From positions 448,001 through 512,000 of the forward strand of contig CAWCYD010000003.1 of NCBI GenBank assembly GCA_963799775.1: 64,000 nt of DNA. Direction: 5' to 3'. Shown here piece after piece: positions 62,042-64,000 of this stretch. The position numbers and the translations under genes were made by a program. Under the pieces are notes generated by a model that did no database searches, was not told the origin of the DNA, and was given only the letters and a program-made list of their open reading frames with translations. Position 1 is the first letter of the stretch. Each line of letters opens with the position of its first letter. This DNA is from an uncultured archaeon. GTDB taxonomy: Archaea; Thermoproteota; Nitrososphaeria; Nitrososphaerales; Gagatemarchaeaceae.

Positions 62042-63092
62042 TCAGGGCCCGGCAACCGTCGACTTTAGTCGGTCGATCAGCTTTATGCTTGAAGGCTCCA
62101 CCCCGCGGATTATCGCTGCGTAATACGTCGCAAAGTCCACCTGGTACGCCAGGGTGACAAGCTGCGCTAGGTTCCCCTTCCCCTTGCCGTGTATCTCCAG
62201 GCTGCGTATCCCCTTCATGCCCAGGATGTCGACGAACGAGTCCAACCGCATCCTTTCGTATTTGGGCTCCGCCGTGTGCCTCAGGAATATCGGGACCATC
62301 TTCCTCTCTGGCGTCTCCCAGACCTCGACCTCGTTGTGGAAGAGCTCCGGGCCGCAGTCCCAGGAGGCGTTCATCTTCGCGTTCTCGTTGAGGCAGTCCT
62401 TGAAGCGCTCCGCGATGCTCTTCGTCACGGATGAGCCGTAGATCTTTGGAAGTGACCCCCGACGGCGCCACCAGCTGCGCGCACTGCTTCGCAGGGTTCT
62501 GCGACGTGGGAGAGTTCGACGAGAGCGAAGGCGCGACCTTCTTCATCGACTCGATCGCCTCACGGACCTCCCCCCACCTCTTCTCTCCTACGAGCCCCGC
62601 GCTGCGAAGATGGGCAATCGCGGCGAAGAGCACGTGCGGCAGTGAGTACCTCGGGGCCATCTCGATCGGGATGGTGATGTGGGTGACCTTCAGCTCCATG
62701 GCCAGCTCTTGGAGCTTGCCGCCGGAGGAGATGGCGACCATATTGGCCTTCCTCGCCGCAAGCCTCCGCATGAGCAGTATCGTCTCCTCCGTGCTGCCAG
62801 ATGTGCTGCAGACGAGCACGAACGTCCTCGAAAGGTTCACCTTGGGGAGGTAGCCCTTGAAGACGCTGACCTCGGCGCCTCCCGAAGCGAGGAACCAGTC
62901 AGCGATGATGTCGCCGGCGGAGGCCGAACCGCCGTTCGCGACGTAGATCACCCTGTCAAAGTGGCGTGGGGCGATCTCGACCTTGAGGGAGGCCTCTTGC
63001 TCGGCGAAACGCGGCCAGGCCTCGTACACTCGGTAGATGTTCTTAGGATCCGCTCGAGCGATTGCCTGGGGAGATAGTTGGTCCTGGGGCAT
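62042..63092 (-). CDS. Bifunctional phosphoglucose/phosphomannose isomerase; frameshift
   Basis: NGGS, STSGSTEET, SSGGKL, PRYSLP, LNENAK and PELFHNEV. Confidence 0.88.
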
Positions 63093-63201
63093 CGTTTGAT
63101 CGCACTTGTGTTTCCTGGGTTTCTGAGCCGTTGCCTCGAACGACGAGTATTAAATGCAGCGCCGAAGGGCCGGGTGTGAGAAGAGCGGGAAGACCCTTCT
63201 C

Positions 63202-63939
63202 TCAGGGAATCTTCCCGTAGCGCTCGATGTAGGCCTTGTCGGCCGCCTTGTGAGCGTCGATGTCACCGATGTCCGTGAACTCCCCCTTGACCTTGAGAGC
63301 ATAGAGCGCCCTGTCGTCGTCCATCGCACCTTTGAACGCCTCCTTAATCCCGTATACCTGTCTAGGCGGGATGTAGCTCAGGAACCTCTTGTCGACTACG
63401 TAGCACCCGACGTTGATCTCGCTCGTCATGACCGGCTTCTCCTTCCACTTCTCGACGCGACCTGAAGGAGTGGTCGATATCACCCCGTAGCTCATCTTGG
63501 TCTCGTAGTCCATGAGGGCCATCGTGACGAACGCTTTCTTCTTCGCGTGGAAGTCCATGAGCTTCCTGAGGTCGAAATCCAATATCGCGTCCCCGTACAG
63601 GCAGACGAACGTCTCGGGGAGGAGCTTCTGGGCGGACTTCAACTGTCCTGCGTGGCCGAGCGGCCTGTCTGACCTCGCATACTCGATCTGCACCCCAAAG
63701 TCTCCGCCGTCCCCGAAGTACTGCTCGATGAGCCTCCCCAGATATCCCGTCGCGATGACGACCTCGCTGATTCCGTTGCGCCTCAGCCAGTCGATTATGT
63801 GTTCCAGGATCGGCTTCGGGCCGACCGCGAGCATAGGTTTCGGCAGGAAGAGGGTATAGGGCCTGAGCCTTGTTCCGAGACCGCCCGCGAGGATTATGGC
63901 CTTGGTCGGCCGTTTAGGTTCTTGGTTGCGACGAGACAG
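63202..63939 (-). CDS. Sugar-phosphate nucleotidyltransferase
   Basis: Frame extends upstream to KAIILAGGLGTRLRP...PKPML; also LYGD, KEKP and DIG. Start is approximate. Confidence 0.9.
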   Translation of the reverse strand: MSRRNQEPKRPTKAIILAGGLGTRLRPYTLFLPKPMLAVGPKPILEHIIDWLRRNGISEVVIATGYLGRLIEQYFGDGGDFGVQIEYARSDRPLGHAGQLKSAQKLLPETFVCLYGDAILDFDLRKLMDFHAKKKAFVTMALMDYETKMSYGVISTTPSGRVEKWKEKPVMTSEINVGCYVVDKRFLSYIPPRQVYGIKEAFKGAMDDDRALYALKVKGEFTDIGDIDAHKAADKAYIERYGKIP

Positions 63940-64000
63940 AAGGGGTCACCTGAGACCTGAAGGTCGATATCGCGTCCCTATATGCTTCAACCCCTTGCTC

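Noticed and set aside
4600-63092. Frameshifts in polB, thrS, proS, pfkB, pheA, DUF47, galT, PGI/PMI and others read as pseudogenes or programmed frameshifts
   Set aside because: They hit essential genes whose motifs are intact on both sides and are scattered through the window; sequencing or assembly indels are the simplest explanation.

Overview
GC-rich archaeal chromosome segment. The gene set (PolB1-type polymerase, eS25, eS26, Rpo6, Alba, EndA, archaeal-type ThrRS and ProRS) points to Nitrososphaerota/TACK. Many single-base frameshifts fall in essential genes and look like long-read indel errors. The core backbone is interrupted by an IS110, two related transposase-less TnpB loci, and a ~25 kb integrative element (~18.3-43.6 kb). 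That element carries a tyrosine integrase, a helicase with iteron-like repeats, two ParB-like genes, a spindle-virus-like capsid candidate, an ATPase, defence/TA cargo and an IS5. The most striking unexplained structure is at 47.57-49.29 kb. The last 13-14 codons of the DNA ligase gene (EMYx[LV]QKRVQSK...stop) occur four times in direct orientation, with mostly synonymous divergence. They delimit three tiny, integrase-free, single-gene cassettes (463, 391 and 824 bp), forming an integron-like array stacked in the ligase 3' end. The PolB gene also carries two LAGLIDADG inteins, one ending in Gln. All family assignments come from motif recognition by eye; no searches were run.
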